Source: a candidate division WOR-3 bacterium (lineage in GTDB: Bacteria; Hydrothermota; 32-111). From it: a stretch of 64,000 nt of DNA. Position 1 is the first letter of the stretch, and each line of letters opens with the position of its first letter. Both the position numbers and the translations under genes were made by a program. The notes under the pieces are model-generated. The model was not told where the DNA came from, ran no database searches, and saw only the letters and a program-made list of their open reading frames with translations. Below, piece by piece: positions 56,301-64,000 of the stretch. The stretch is taken from positions 512,001-576,000 of the forward strand of contig JBDRZU010000001.1 of the NCBI GenBank assembly GCA_039804105.1. The letters run 5' to 3'.

Positions 56301-57076
56301 AAATTTTGACCATCTTTTACAAATTTTTCAACAAGAATATCAGGAAATTTTTTTATATCCTCACTTCCAACAAAATTCAAATTTTCTTCTTTAACAAGAC
56401 CTTTTTTCAAAGATAAAACTTTGTATATCTGTATAGGGTCTTTTTTCCCTTTTACCATAACGGGCTCAAGTTTTTCAAATTCAAAAATATCTTTTATATG
56501 TTTATAGGTATTTTCAGATATGATTATTTCTCCTGATTTTGCGATTCCTTCGAGTCGTGAAGTAAGGTTAACATTATCTCCCATTATTGTGTATTCCATT
56601 CTGTCATCAACTCCCATATTGAGTGCAACAACTTCACCTGTATTTATTCCAATATGCATCGTGACTTTTACATATTCACCTTTTGCATAAACAGGTTCAA
56701 TCGTTTCCATTTCCTTTTGCATCTCAAGAGCAGCCCTAACTGCTCTTTCAGGATCATCAGAATGAGCAACAGGTGCTCCAAAAACAACAAGAACTGCATC
56801 ACCTATAAATTTATCAACATCACCACCATATTTATCAACAATTCTGACCATCTTTTTAAAATATTTGTTTATGACTTTGATAACATCCTCAGGATCAAGA
56901 CGTTCAGACAATGCGGTAAATCCGGAAATGTCACCAAAAAGAACCGTTACAACTCTTCTTTCAGAATCAACTTTTACCTCATAAGGATTTGAAAGTATCT
57001 TTTCCACAATTCTTTTCGGGAGATATTTTTTAAAGGATTCAAGTGATGCTTTCAAAAATTCTTTTTCTTTATCCAT
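53285..57076 (-). CDS. Class III adenylate cyclase - P-loop NTPase (STAND-like) - TPR protein
   Basis: LFGDISGFT, DKFIGDA, GINTGEV, YTIMGDNVNLTSRLE; GDEGCGKT, LIDDFD, GNP; many TPRs; start moved to 57076 because the longer ORF overlaps the tRNA. Confidence 0.92.
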   Translation of the reverse strand: MDKEKEFLKASLESFKKYLPKRIVEKILSNPYEVKVDSERRVVTVLFGDISGFTALSERLDPEDVIKVINKYFKKMVRIVDKYGGDVDKFIGDAVLVVFGAPVAHSDDPERAVRAALEMQKEMETIEPVYAKGEYVKVTMHIGINTGEVVALNMGVDDRMEYTIMGDNVNLTSRLEGIAKSGEIIISENTYKHIKDIFEFEKLEPVMVKGKKDPIQIYKVLSLKKGLVKEENLNFVGSEDIKKFPDILVEKFVKDGQNFSLFIKGDEGCGKTKYCSLLFDKFDRKNVKIFQLSGQTFFQNIPFKKLKDFVEGQLKIDETDSVELIKNKIDNSLLPDERDGFYLLFGLVDSNNDEKVFNLKVFETSKRFLEKSIGSEKTLFLIDDFDLFDDHSKNIFLKLFNNLLERKNFSTIISSKENIDFNFTDKVVLGSLDFENFKELVEIKSSKRFDEEGIEYLFKRSEGNPKKFVEIFKFLNEKNFLEEKDGNLFIKEEGKKVIPDSLKSIFVSKIDSLKESDKKVIQYTSVLGYRFKKSEVTQYFNFPQKDVDESFKILTDKGFLEFYDKDTYYFSSELFYESVYNSLSFDKRKILHKNIGDYIEKKYFDKNEEILRKLSFHYSKSDDFEKASFYLEKVGDLDSKLFSYKQSVENYSNAISLLEREKRFDRMIPVVIKVVNVLINTGSFNRALELLKEKREIFLYNEEKEIDYLLLEGMIYDRIGEYNRSEEIYKEALKKSLNLKNKQILSKIYNSLGILKSFEGKYEESLEYYNLSLDISIKENNKSDTGSLYLNIGKIHLEQNRFDEAKKYFELSYDLFKDINDKKKQLLSLINLGTVYDLTGNYEKAEKLYQEALKLSLIVKDEIETARIENNLGTIKFLTGKYDDAIKSYQISIKIFEKYEELKGLSEIYSNMGEINFLLGEFEISKEYYEKSLNLCEKTSHKHLKTYTSLNYANLLSFLGYLEKSEEMILTNKDYIEKNNLVDLKIISLNILAKINGLKSYLEKEKELVLEGINLAKKYGIKELEFNLYSTLIKTLIEENQLEQAKILANDVLEYAEKNNNEILVADILASLADIHIRTQDIESISEISSKSFEISQKTKSKLSLLRTYISLSRFYLLTEDFTSCEDILKEAEKIGERIGSLEHILIIRKISDDLYTKLKKDNLRYISLLKGVSTVEKYIARAGMVNRENLIQKRGFINFYKHLFDIMLKMFDVDFIANVVKDFDKNIVIEVLKDFYTIESKNKTKIKNLLKFIGEIQDEKNS

Positions 57077-57085
57077 AAACCCCTC

Positions 57086-57170
57086 TGTCGAAGGGGGGAT
57101 TTGAACCCCCACAGAGTTGCCCCTATTAGAACCTGAATCTAACGCGTCTACCAGATTCCGCCACTTCGAC
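57086..57170 (-). tRNA. tRNA-Leu(CAG), CCA not encoded
   Basis: GTCGAAG/CTTCGAC-A acceptor stem, TGGTAGACGCG D arm, TTAGA-TTCAGGT-TCTAA anticodon arm, long variable arm, GGTTCAAATCC T arm. Confidence 0.96.
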
Positions 57171-57183
57171 TCTCATCAGGTGT

Positions 57184-57211
57184 ATTATAACAGGATTAAT
57201 TTTTTTATCAA
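57184..57211 (-). promoter_or_regulatory. tRNA promoter
   Basis: TTGATA-16-TATAAT with an extended -10 TG, 13 nt upstream of the tRNA. Confidence 0.75.
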
Positions 57212-57223
57212 TATGGTGATTTT

Positions 57224-60200
57224 TTATCCAAGTAATTCTTTCACTTTTTTCAAAAGGTCAAAACTCCTGAACGGTTTTAAAATGAAAGGTATGTTTGATA
57301 GATCTATACCATTATCTTTAAACGCATTGTCAGTGTATCCTGACATAAAAAGGATTTTAAGATTACCTCTTATACTTTTTAATTCTTTATACAGAAGGTG
57401 TCCATTCATTTTAGGCATTATCATATCGGAGATAACAAGGTCATAAAAATTATTTCTAAATTTTTCCAGCGCTTCCTCTCCATCCTTTGCGATATCAACA
57501 ATGTATCCATTTTTTGTCAATATTTCATACACAGCATTTCTCAAAAACTCCTCATCCTCAACAAGAAGGATTTTATTTCCAGAACCTTTTAATTTAGCAT
57601 CCGTTTTTGTCTCTTTGAAAGTTTCAATTTTTTTATCAGTTAATGGGAAATAGATTTTAAATGTTGTTCCCACACCTTTTTCAGAGTAAACATTTATATA
57701 TCCTTTTGCCTGTTTTACTATTCCATAAACAACTGAAAGTCCAAGTCCGGTACCTTTTTCACCTTTTGTTGTAAAGAACGGATCAAAAATTTTTGACATT
57801 ATTTCTTTTTCAATCCCTTTCCCAGTATCAGAAAAGGAGACCATCACATATCTACCTTCATCTACACCATAATGTTTTTTTACATATTCATCATCAAGGT
57901 TAACTTCCTTCGTTTGAATGATTATCTTTCCATTACCTTCTATCGCATCCCTTGCGTTTGCAGCAAGGTTCATAAAGATCTGTTCAAGATAAATCCTGTC
58001 AATAATAATATTCCCCAGATTCTCTTCTGGATAGAAAAAGATTTCTATATTCTCTCCGATAAGTTTTTTCAAAAAAGGAATAATATCTTTGAAAAATAGA
58101 TTTAGATTTAACACTTCAGGATTTGCAACCTGCTCTTTACCAAAAATGAGAAGTTTTTTTGAAAGTTTTGCTCCATCGTGTGCAACATTAACGATCGTTT
58201 CAAGATTTCTTTTTAAAAGATCATCGTTTTCAACCTTTTCAAGAGAAAGTTCAGCGTTAGCCATTATCACACTTAAAAGATTGTTAAAATCATGTGCTAT
58301 ACCACCTGCAAATTTTCCAAATGTTTCAAGTTTTTGTGATTGGTACAATTGATCCTGAAGATTTTTAATTTCCTTTTCTCTCTTTACTTTCTCATCTATA
58401 TCTCTTACAAAAGCAAGTATGATCTTCTGTTCTTTATCGAGTAAAGTTAAACTTATTTCACATTCAAAATTTGTTCCATCATCTCTTTTATGTATCCAGT
58501 TAAAAATTTTATTTTCGCCTTCAAGAACACCTTTTATCCAGTATTTTGCTTTTTCTTTTGAAAGTATATTGTCAGGTTGATATTCTGGTGAAAGATCGTA
58601 AGGTGTTTTTCCAACCATAAACTTTTTCGGTAAACCGAAAATCTCCTGCGATTTTTTGTTACAATCGATGATCACATCATTTTGAAGGATCAAAACACCA
58701 TCAGGTGCTGACTCAAAAAGTTCCCTGTAAAATCTCTCTCTTCTTTTAATCTCCTCTTCAAGCAATTTTTTCGATGTTATATCTATAAGTGTTCCAACCA
58801 TTCTTGATGGTTTACCATGTTCATTGTATTCAAAAATTTTTCCTGAAGATTTAAACCAGACATAATCACCATCTTTCTTTTTTAACCTGTACTCAACATC
58901 ATATTTGTCTATTCTTCCAGACAAATACATGTTGAAAGTGTCAATCATACTTTCATAATCATCAGGATGGAGTAAAATTTTCCATTGCTCAATATTTTTT
59001 TCTATCTCATTTTCATCATAACCTAAAATCTCATTCAACCTTTCAGAATAATCTATCTTGCCTGTTTCGATATTAAGATCCCAGAAGATCTCTTCACTTC
59101 CTTCAAGTGCAAGTTTTAACCTTTCCTCTGATTCTTTTAAACTCTTTTCCAACTCCTTTCTTTTACTTATGTCTCTTACAAGAACTATAAACCTTTTAAA
59201 CCCCATTATCTCAACAAACCTTATACTGACTTCAGAGAAAAAAAATGTTCCATCTTTTCTCTTCGAAAACCATTCAAAGGTTGTTTCCCCTTTCTCTTTT
59301 GCTTCGTTCAGGTGTTTTATTGCATCTTCCATCGAGTATGGTGGTTTTCCATAACTTAGATCATTTATCGATGCATTTAAAACTTCTTCGTAAGAGTAAC
59401 CAAACATTTCGCATGTCTTTTTGTTCACATCAATTATTCTGTAATTTTCATCATGAATAACCAAAGCATCTGTTAGAGAATCAAAAATATGTTTCAAATA
59501 TTCCGTTGTTCCTTTTAATCTATTTTCATATTCGAGTTTTTCAGTTACATCAAAAATTATTGAATGTAAAAAGTGTTTACCTTTATAATCATAACCTCTT
59601 GAGTAAACCTCAACATCCCTTATCCTTCCATCCTTCAATCTATATTTAAAAATGAAAAAGTTCTGTTTCCTTTCCCTTGCTTCCCTCATCCTATTCTTTA
59701 TCTCTCGATCTGGAAGTATGTTTATCTGGTTTATATTCATCTTTTTCATCTCATCGTAAGTATAACCATAAAATTGTAAAGCAGCATCGTTGAAATCAAC
59801 GATTTCTCCGGTATCTGAATCAACCAAAAGGTTAACAGTGTTATGTTCTTTAAACGACTTTCTGAAAAGTTCTTCACTTTCAAGAATCTGCTTTTCCAAA
59901 TTCTTTTTTTCGGTTATATCTATACCAAAAGAAATTGTTCCTAAAATTTTATCCCCATCTCTCTTAATACTGTTTCTCCAGAGTATATATTTTAAACTAC
60001 CATCTTTACTCTTTATGGGATTTTCATAGGTTTCTCTGATAATTTTAAATTGTTTGAAATCATTGAAAACTTCATCAACGTTTTTTTATACTCATCGGGG
60101 ATAAAAGTTTCAAACCAGTTTTTACCTAAAACCTCTTCTCTCTTATAACCTGTTACATTTTCTGATTCCTCGTTCATATCGAGGATGTTCCCACCTCTAT

Positions 60201-60858
60201 CAAGTTCTACATAGATAATGTTTGCTTTGTCTATTATCTCTTTTTGAAGAGAAATTCTTTTTTCAAGTTCTCTTTTTGTGAAATTATATTTTAAAACATA
60301 GTTTGTGATAAGAAAACTTATCATTGTGGTCAGTGGATAAAAAGTCATCAAAGGGAAAAATATTATTTTGATTTTTGAAAATCCGGAAAAGAAAGGGAAA
60401 ATAAAAATTTGCGAAAATAGCATCGCAAAAGATAATACATATGAAAAAATAATTGAAACAAAAAGGTTTTTCCAAAATCCCCATCTGATAACTTTCTTAT
60501 AAAAAAATCTTCTGAAAACATAACCTGCAAAACCACATAGAATTATCGTTAATATCCCTGCTAATATCCCATTCCCTCCAATATAAATTCTATACAATGT
60601 GGCAAAAAATATGGTCAAAATAAGAGGGATAAAACCACCATAAAAACCAGCAAAACCAAGAACGATAGATCTACCATCGTAAACAACACCTTCTGCTAAT
60701 TTCCATGAAAACCTCATCGTCGCAAGAGCAATAAAAGAAAAAACAAAACCTAACACTATCTGCCATCTTTTTTTCTTAACATCAGCAATTCTATCGATAA
60801 GTGGGATAAGTAACATTAAATGTAAGATTAATATTAAATCGAATAAAAGTTTATTCAT
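57224..60858 (-). pseudogene. 5TM(LytS-like)-multi-PAS hybrid histidine kinase/receiver split by a 1-nt frameshift (ORFs 60013-60858 and 57224-59899)
   Basis: Upstream ORF has 5TM (YDGRSI, YRIYIGG.G) plus half a PAS; one extra A in the run at 60081-60087 restores the PAS and joins AHDFNN/GTGLGL/REC into about 1211 aa. Confidence 0.85.
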
Positions 60859-60873
60859 AACTCCCTTTATTGA

Positions 60874-60902
60874 ATTATATCATTATGAAAAGGTAAAGTC
60901 AA
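60874..60902 (-). promoter_or_regulatory. sigma70-type promoter for the hybrid kinase
   Basis: TTGACT-17-TATAAT with an extended -10 TG. Confidence 0.7.
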
Positions 60903-60918
60903 ATAGTGAAGTAAAAAA

Positions 60919-62811
60919 TTATATCTTTAAAAATTTCACATTAAAAGTTCTATTTTCCTTTCTCACAGAAATAAAATTAACTCCATTTTTTATATCACAT
61001 TTAACCAAATTAACTCCCTTTTTCAAAAAGATACTTTTACTATAAAAAACTCTGCCTGCTTTATCAAAAATTTTTATATCATAAATCCCTTCTTCTTCAA
61101 CAAGAAGTTTCAAACTATTTTCTTCTTTTAAAATATTTGATAACAATTTTATTGATAAACAGTTATTAACTTTGTTTTTATTTCCTATTCCATAAAAACT
61201 GCCCCAATATCCAACCGAGTCCCACACAAAGGAAGGATCAAACACATTTATAATTTTCCAGTAAACCGAATCGAGTGATCCAGCCACACCTGAGATATGC
61301 AGAAAACCATTTATTCCATCATTGTCGACTATATATTTTGAACATTCAACACTGATAAGATTCGCATTTGGAATCACTGTTGCTCTGTAAATATTTTTAT
61401 CACTTGCAAACCTTAACATCTCAACACTCGTTTTTGAAGTCAGATAATCAAGGTATACCACATAAATTTCTTCTGTGTAAGGATCATATGTTAAGTTGGC
61501 ACTATAACAGTAACCTCTATTTGTTGGTGTAAGACCTGTTGAATCAAGGATATTTTTATCATGAAGATCAACATAAACATATTTAAAGTTTTTTGATGTA
61601 TCATCTTTCATTCCAAAAATCAAAGATCTTCCCTGATGGATAAAAGTTGAAAGATCATTATCATTGTTAAGATAATAATCAACAAAAAGATCAGCAACTG
61701 GAAGAGCATAAAATATTCTGTTTTCTTCAGGATAATACTGTGCATCCCACCAGTACCACCATGTTCCAAATCCAAAAGCAAGTGTGTCTCCAAACTGGTT
61801 TTTCCAGTTTCCCTCATTTTCATCTAAAAACGCTTTTACAACTACAGGGTCATTTGAACTGTTGTTTGTTGTATCGAGAAAATATAAAATCGTATCACCA
61901 TTTATACTTGAAATCTCTGGCCAGATATCACCATTGAAAACTCCATTGAATCCATTCCAGTTAAATCCAAAATCATCACTCTGAGAAAAGGCAAATGAGA
62001 ACGAAGTCCCTTTTCCACTACCAACAAGATCAGATCTAATTTCATTTTTCCATGAAGTTTGAGTTGTTATATAAGTTAAGCCATTTCCATATCTGATATT
62101 GAATACAGATATTTCAGAAATCGTATCATAATCAAGTCCTGTATAAGATATATCCTGTTCCCAGTTAACACCAGAATCGAATGAGCGTTTTAATAAAAAT
62201 TTGTTTTCGAGAACATCAAGAGACAAAATCAAACAACTATCACCTAAATGATTTGATGTTATTGAGGGTGAAAAATCATATTTTGTTGTATCACTCAAAA
62301 ACATAGGATAGGTAAGTTTGGTATACATTATCGATGTGTCTTTCATAAAATAGACACCATAATTTCCATAAATATCTGCACAACTGTAAACAATATATAA
62401 ATCTTGATTCCCTGTAAGTTCCATCTCACCATAGATCCTTGTAGAATTTGAAAAATCTGAATTGATCAAACTTGTTGGAGCACTCCAAATAGATCCAAAA
62501 TTTGAAGTTTTTGAATAAAAAATGTTATCAAAAGCAAAACCGTTAAAATGTGATGCAAAAACTCCACAATAATAACCATCTTCAGACACAACAATATTTT
62601 TTAACATTGGTGGAGCAAAACCTCTTAAATCCTTACCTTCAAGAATGCCAATCATACCTGAACTCTGTGCATCACTATCTTTTATGTCAATTTTTTGGTC
62701 AAAAGGTATCGTTGATTCTTTCCATATCTTTTCTCTCAATTCCACTGAAGGAACAGCAAATACATTTATGATAAAAACTAAAATTAAAACAAACAATAAA
62801 ATTTTTTTCAT
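60919..62811 (-). CDS. Secreted BNR/Asp-box protein with degenerate T9SS-like CTD
   Basis: TSNFGSIW, SFDSGVNW, SDDFGFNW Asp-boxes; IFDKAGRV...NGVNFI...KFLKI. Confidence 0.75.
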   Translation of the reverse strand: MKKILLFVLILVFIINVFAVPSVELREKIWKESTIPFDQKIDIKDSDAQSSGMIGILEGKDLRGFAPPMLKNIVVSEDGYYCGVFASHFNGFAFDNIFYSKTSNFGSIWSAPTSLINSDFSNSTRIYGEMELTGNQDLYIVYSCADIYGNYGVYFMKDTSIMYTKLTYPMFLSDTTKYDFSPSITSNHLGDSCLILSLDVLENKFLLKRSFDSGVNWEQDISYTGLDYDTISEISVFNIRYGNGLTYITTQTSWKNEIRSDLVGSGKGTSFSFAFSQSDDFGFNWNGFNGVFNGDIWPEISSINGDTILYFLDTTNNSSNDPVVVKAFLDENEGNWKNQFGDTLAFGFGTWWYWWDAQYYPEENRIFYALPVADLFVDYYLNNDNDLSTFIHQGRSLIFGMKDDTSKNFKYVYVDLHDKNILDSTGLTPTNRGYCYSANLTYDPYTEEIYVVYLDYLTSKTSVEMLRFASDKNIYRATVIPNANLISVECSKYIVDNDGINGFLHISGVAGSLDSVYWKIINVFDPSFVWDSVGYWGSFYGIGNKNKVNNCLSIKLLSNILKEENSLKLLVEEEGIYDIKIFDKAGRVFYSKSIFLKKGVNLVKCDIKNGVNFISVRKENRTFNVKFLKI

Positions 62812-62842
62812 ACTCTCTCCTTTTTATTTAACTAAAACTTTT

Positions 62843-64000
62843 TCACCTCATTTTTATAATTTTTCTATTTATTATCTCTTCTCCTTTTCTCATCCTCACA
62901 AAATATACCCCATTTCCATATACATTCATATCTATTATGCCTTCTCTTCCCTTACTCTCATCCCGTTTTGCTATCACCCTACCCATCACATCATACACCT
63001 CTATCTCAAATCTTTCCCCTTCTTTCACACTATAACACAAAACTCCTCCCCTGTATCTCAAACTCAACCCATCTCTATCTATCTCCTCTCCATCTATTCC
63101 ACTAAAATATAACTCCCCTCTTATCACTCCTGTTGTCACCACTCTCTCATTCAACCATTCATCCTTTATCACTCCATTATCAACATATACACTATCTCCA
63201 ACACTCACTGTTGGTCTATTACCCCCAGCGCTCAATTGCACCACCAGTTTATCTTTCCCATTATATCTCAACCACTTCGCACCATATATCTCTCCAAATT
63301 TATCTCTCCAGCTATGTCCTCCACTCAACCTCAACACCTCATCTATATTATCCTCCGTTATCTCCGGCATCGTTGTCTTCTCATTAAAATATACACTCAC
63401 TATATTCCTGTCATATATACTTACATACTTCGCCGCTATCGAATCTATCTCCACTTTGTATCTGTATGCCCCTTTTAGCATCAATTTATACCTGTTACTA
63501 TCTCCATATATCCATGCACTATCAAGATATCTCCCAGAACTATCCCCCTTAAACCATATCTCTTTCCCCACTCTCTCCCCTACCCATATAAGTTCAGGAA
63601 AACTCCCCTTCACTCCATAACACTCACTCTCAAACACTATTGAATCCAACTTTATCGTATCATACCCAACATTGCAAAACTTTATCTCTTTATACAATGT
63701 GTCTCCATTTACACTACTCCCGAATATCAGTGTATCCACATCTCTTGCCAATTCAACATTGTCTACATCAACCTGCAATCTCCTGTATTCAAATACATAA
63801 GTCCTCTGATACTCCTCCGGTGTATATTCTGTCGGATAGGGCGGTGGACACCAGTAATCATGCCCCGAAAATAAAACCTCTTTCATCCCATTACCATTAA
63901 AATCATAAGCCCTCACTGTACTGCACAGCGTCTGATATGTGCTATCCGTCCATTCATATATCTTCCCATATATATCACCACCATAATTCTTCCATATCTC
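62843..64000 (-). CDS. C-terminal part of an FG-GAP/Ig/T9SS-CTD protein, paralog of 13412-15550 (runs off the window)
   Basis: Frame open to 64000 (EIWKNYGG..YEWTDSTYQT); shares DTL..G....GDT.YK, WFKGDS.GRY.DS, LRLSGG..W and NGVYF with the paralog. Confidence 0.85.
   Translation of the reverse strand, partial: EIWKNYGGDIYGKIYEWTDSTYQTLCSTVRAYDFNGNGMKEVLFSGHDYWCPPPYPTEYTPEEYQRTYVFEYRRLQVDVDNVELARDVDTLIFGSSVNGDTLYKEIKFCNVGYDTIKLDSIVFESECYGVKGSFPELIWVGERVGKEIWFKGDSSGRYLDSAWIYGDSNRYKLMLKGAYRYKVEIDSIAAKYVSIYDRNIVSVYFNEKTTMPEITEDNIDEVLRLSGGHSWRDKFGEIYGAKWLRYNGKDKLVVQLSAGGNRPTVSVGDSVYVDNGVIKDEWLNERVVTTGVIRGELYFSGIDGEEIDRDGLSLRYRGGVLCYSVKEGERFEIEVYDVMGRVIAKRDESKGREGIIDMNVYGNGVYFVRMRKGEEIINRKIIKMR

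Noticed and set aside
57086..57170. tRNA as the attachment site of an integrated element
   Set aside because: No duplicated tRNA 3' end or integrase noticed in the window
57077..57446. N-terminal extension MGVQIPPSTEGF of the cyclase and ORF 57117-57446
   Set aside because: Both overlap the tRNA-Leu gene; ATG 57076 has its own SD
60081..60087. Canonical programmed -1 ribosomal frameshift
   Set aside because: In-frame codons TAT AAA AAA ACG do not form a properly phased X XXY YYZ heptamer and no stimulatory hairpin is evident

Overview
64 kb of compact, AT-rich bacterial chromosome. Omp85, AsmA, lipoproteins, five T9SS-CTD-like proteins and NfnAB suggest a diderm anaerobe; an FCB-affiliated lineage such as WOR-3/TA06 is my inference only. 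Housekeeping content: pheST, a Btu/Fec-type ABC transporter, msrBA, dCMP deaminase, recG, hsp20, a GlcD-like oxidase and tRNA-Leu(CAG). No CRISPR array, rRNA, transposase or integrase was seen. Two regions stand out. (1) A 14-kb glutamate/redox locus (34.3-48.5 kb) holds divergent NAD-type and NADP-type gdh genes, NfnAB, a cytoplasmic kinase plus NtrC-type activator, and a REC-REC-dikinase-like protein. It also holds a sigma54-promoter operon encoding only a twin 4-Cys protein and two full-length GDH-fold proteins that have lost the catalytic lysine; this is the best candidate for an undescribed system. (2) A 5.8-kb two-gene cassette of secreted proteins (13.4-19.2 kb) is flanked by 26-bp inverted repeats, has its own promoter, and carries an (AG)10 tract that puts the RBS-linked ATG out of frame (candidate phase variation). 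Also noted: an A7 frameshift splitting a 5TM-PAS hybrid kinase, and a tRNA 9 nt upstream of a cyclase-NTPase-TPR gene. All family calls come from motif recognition by eye; no searches were run.
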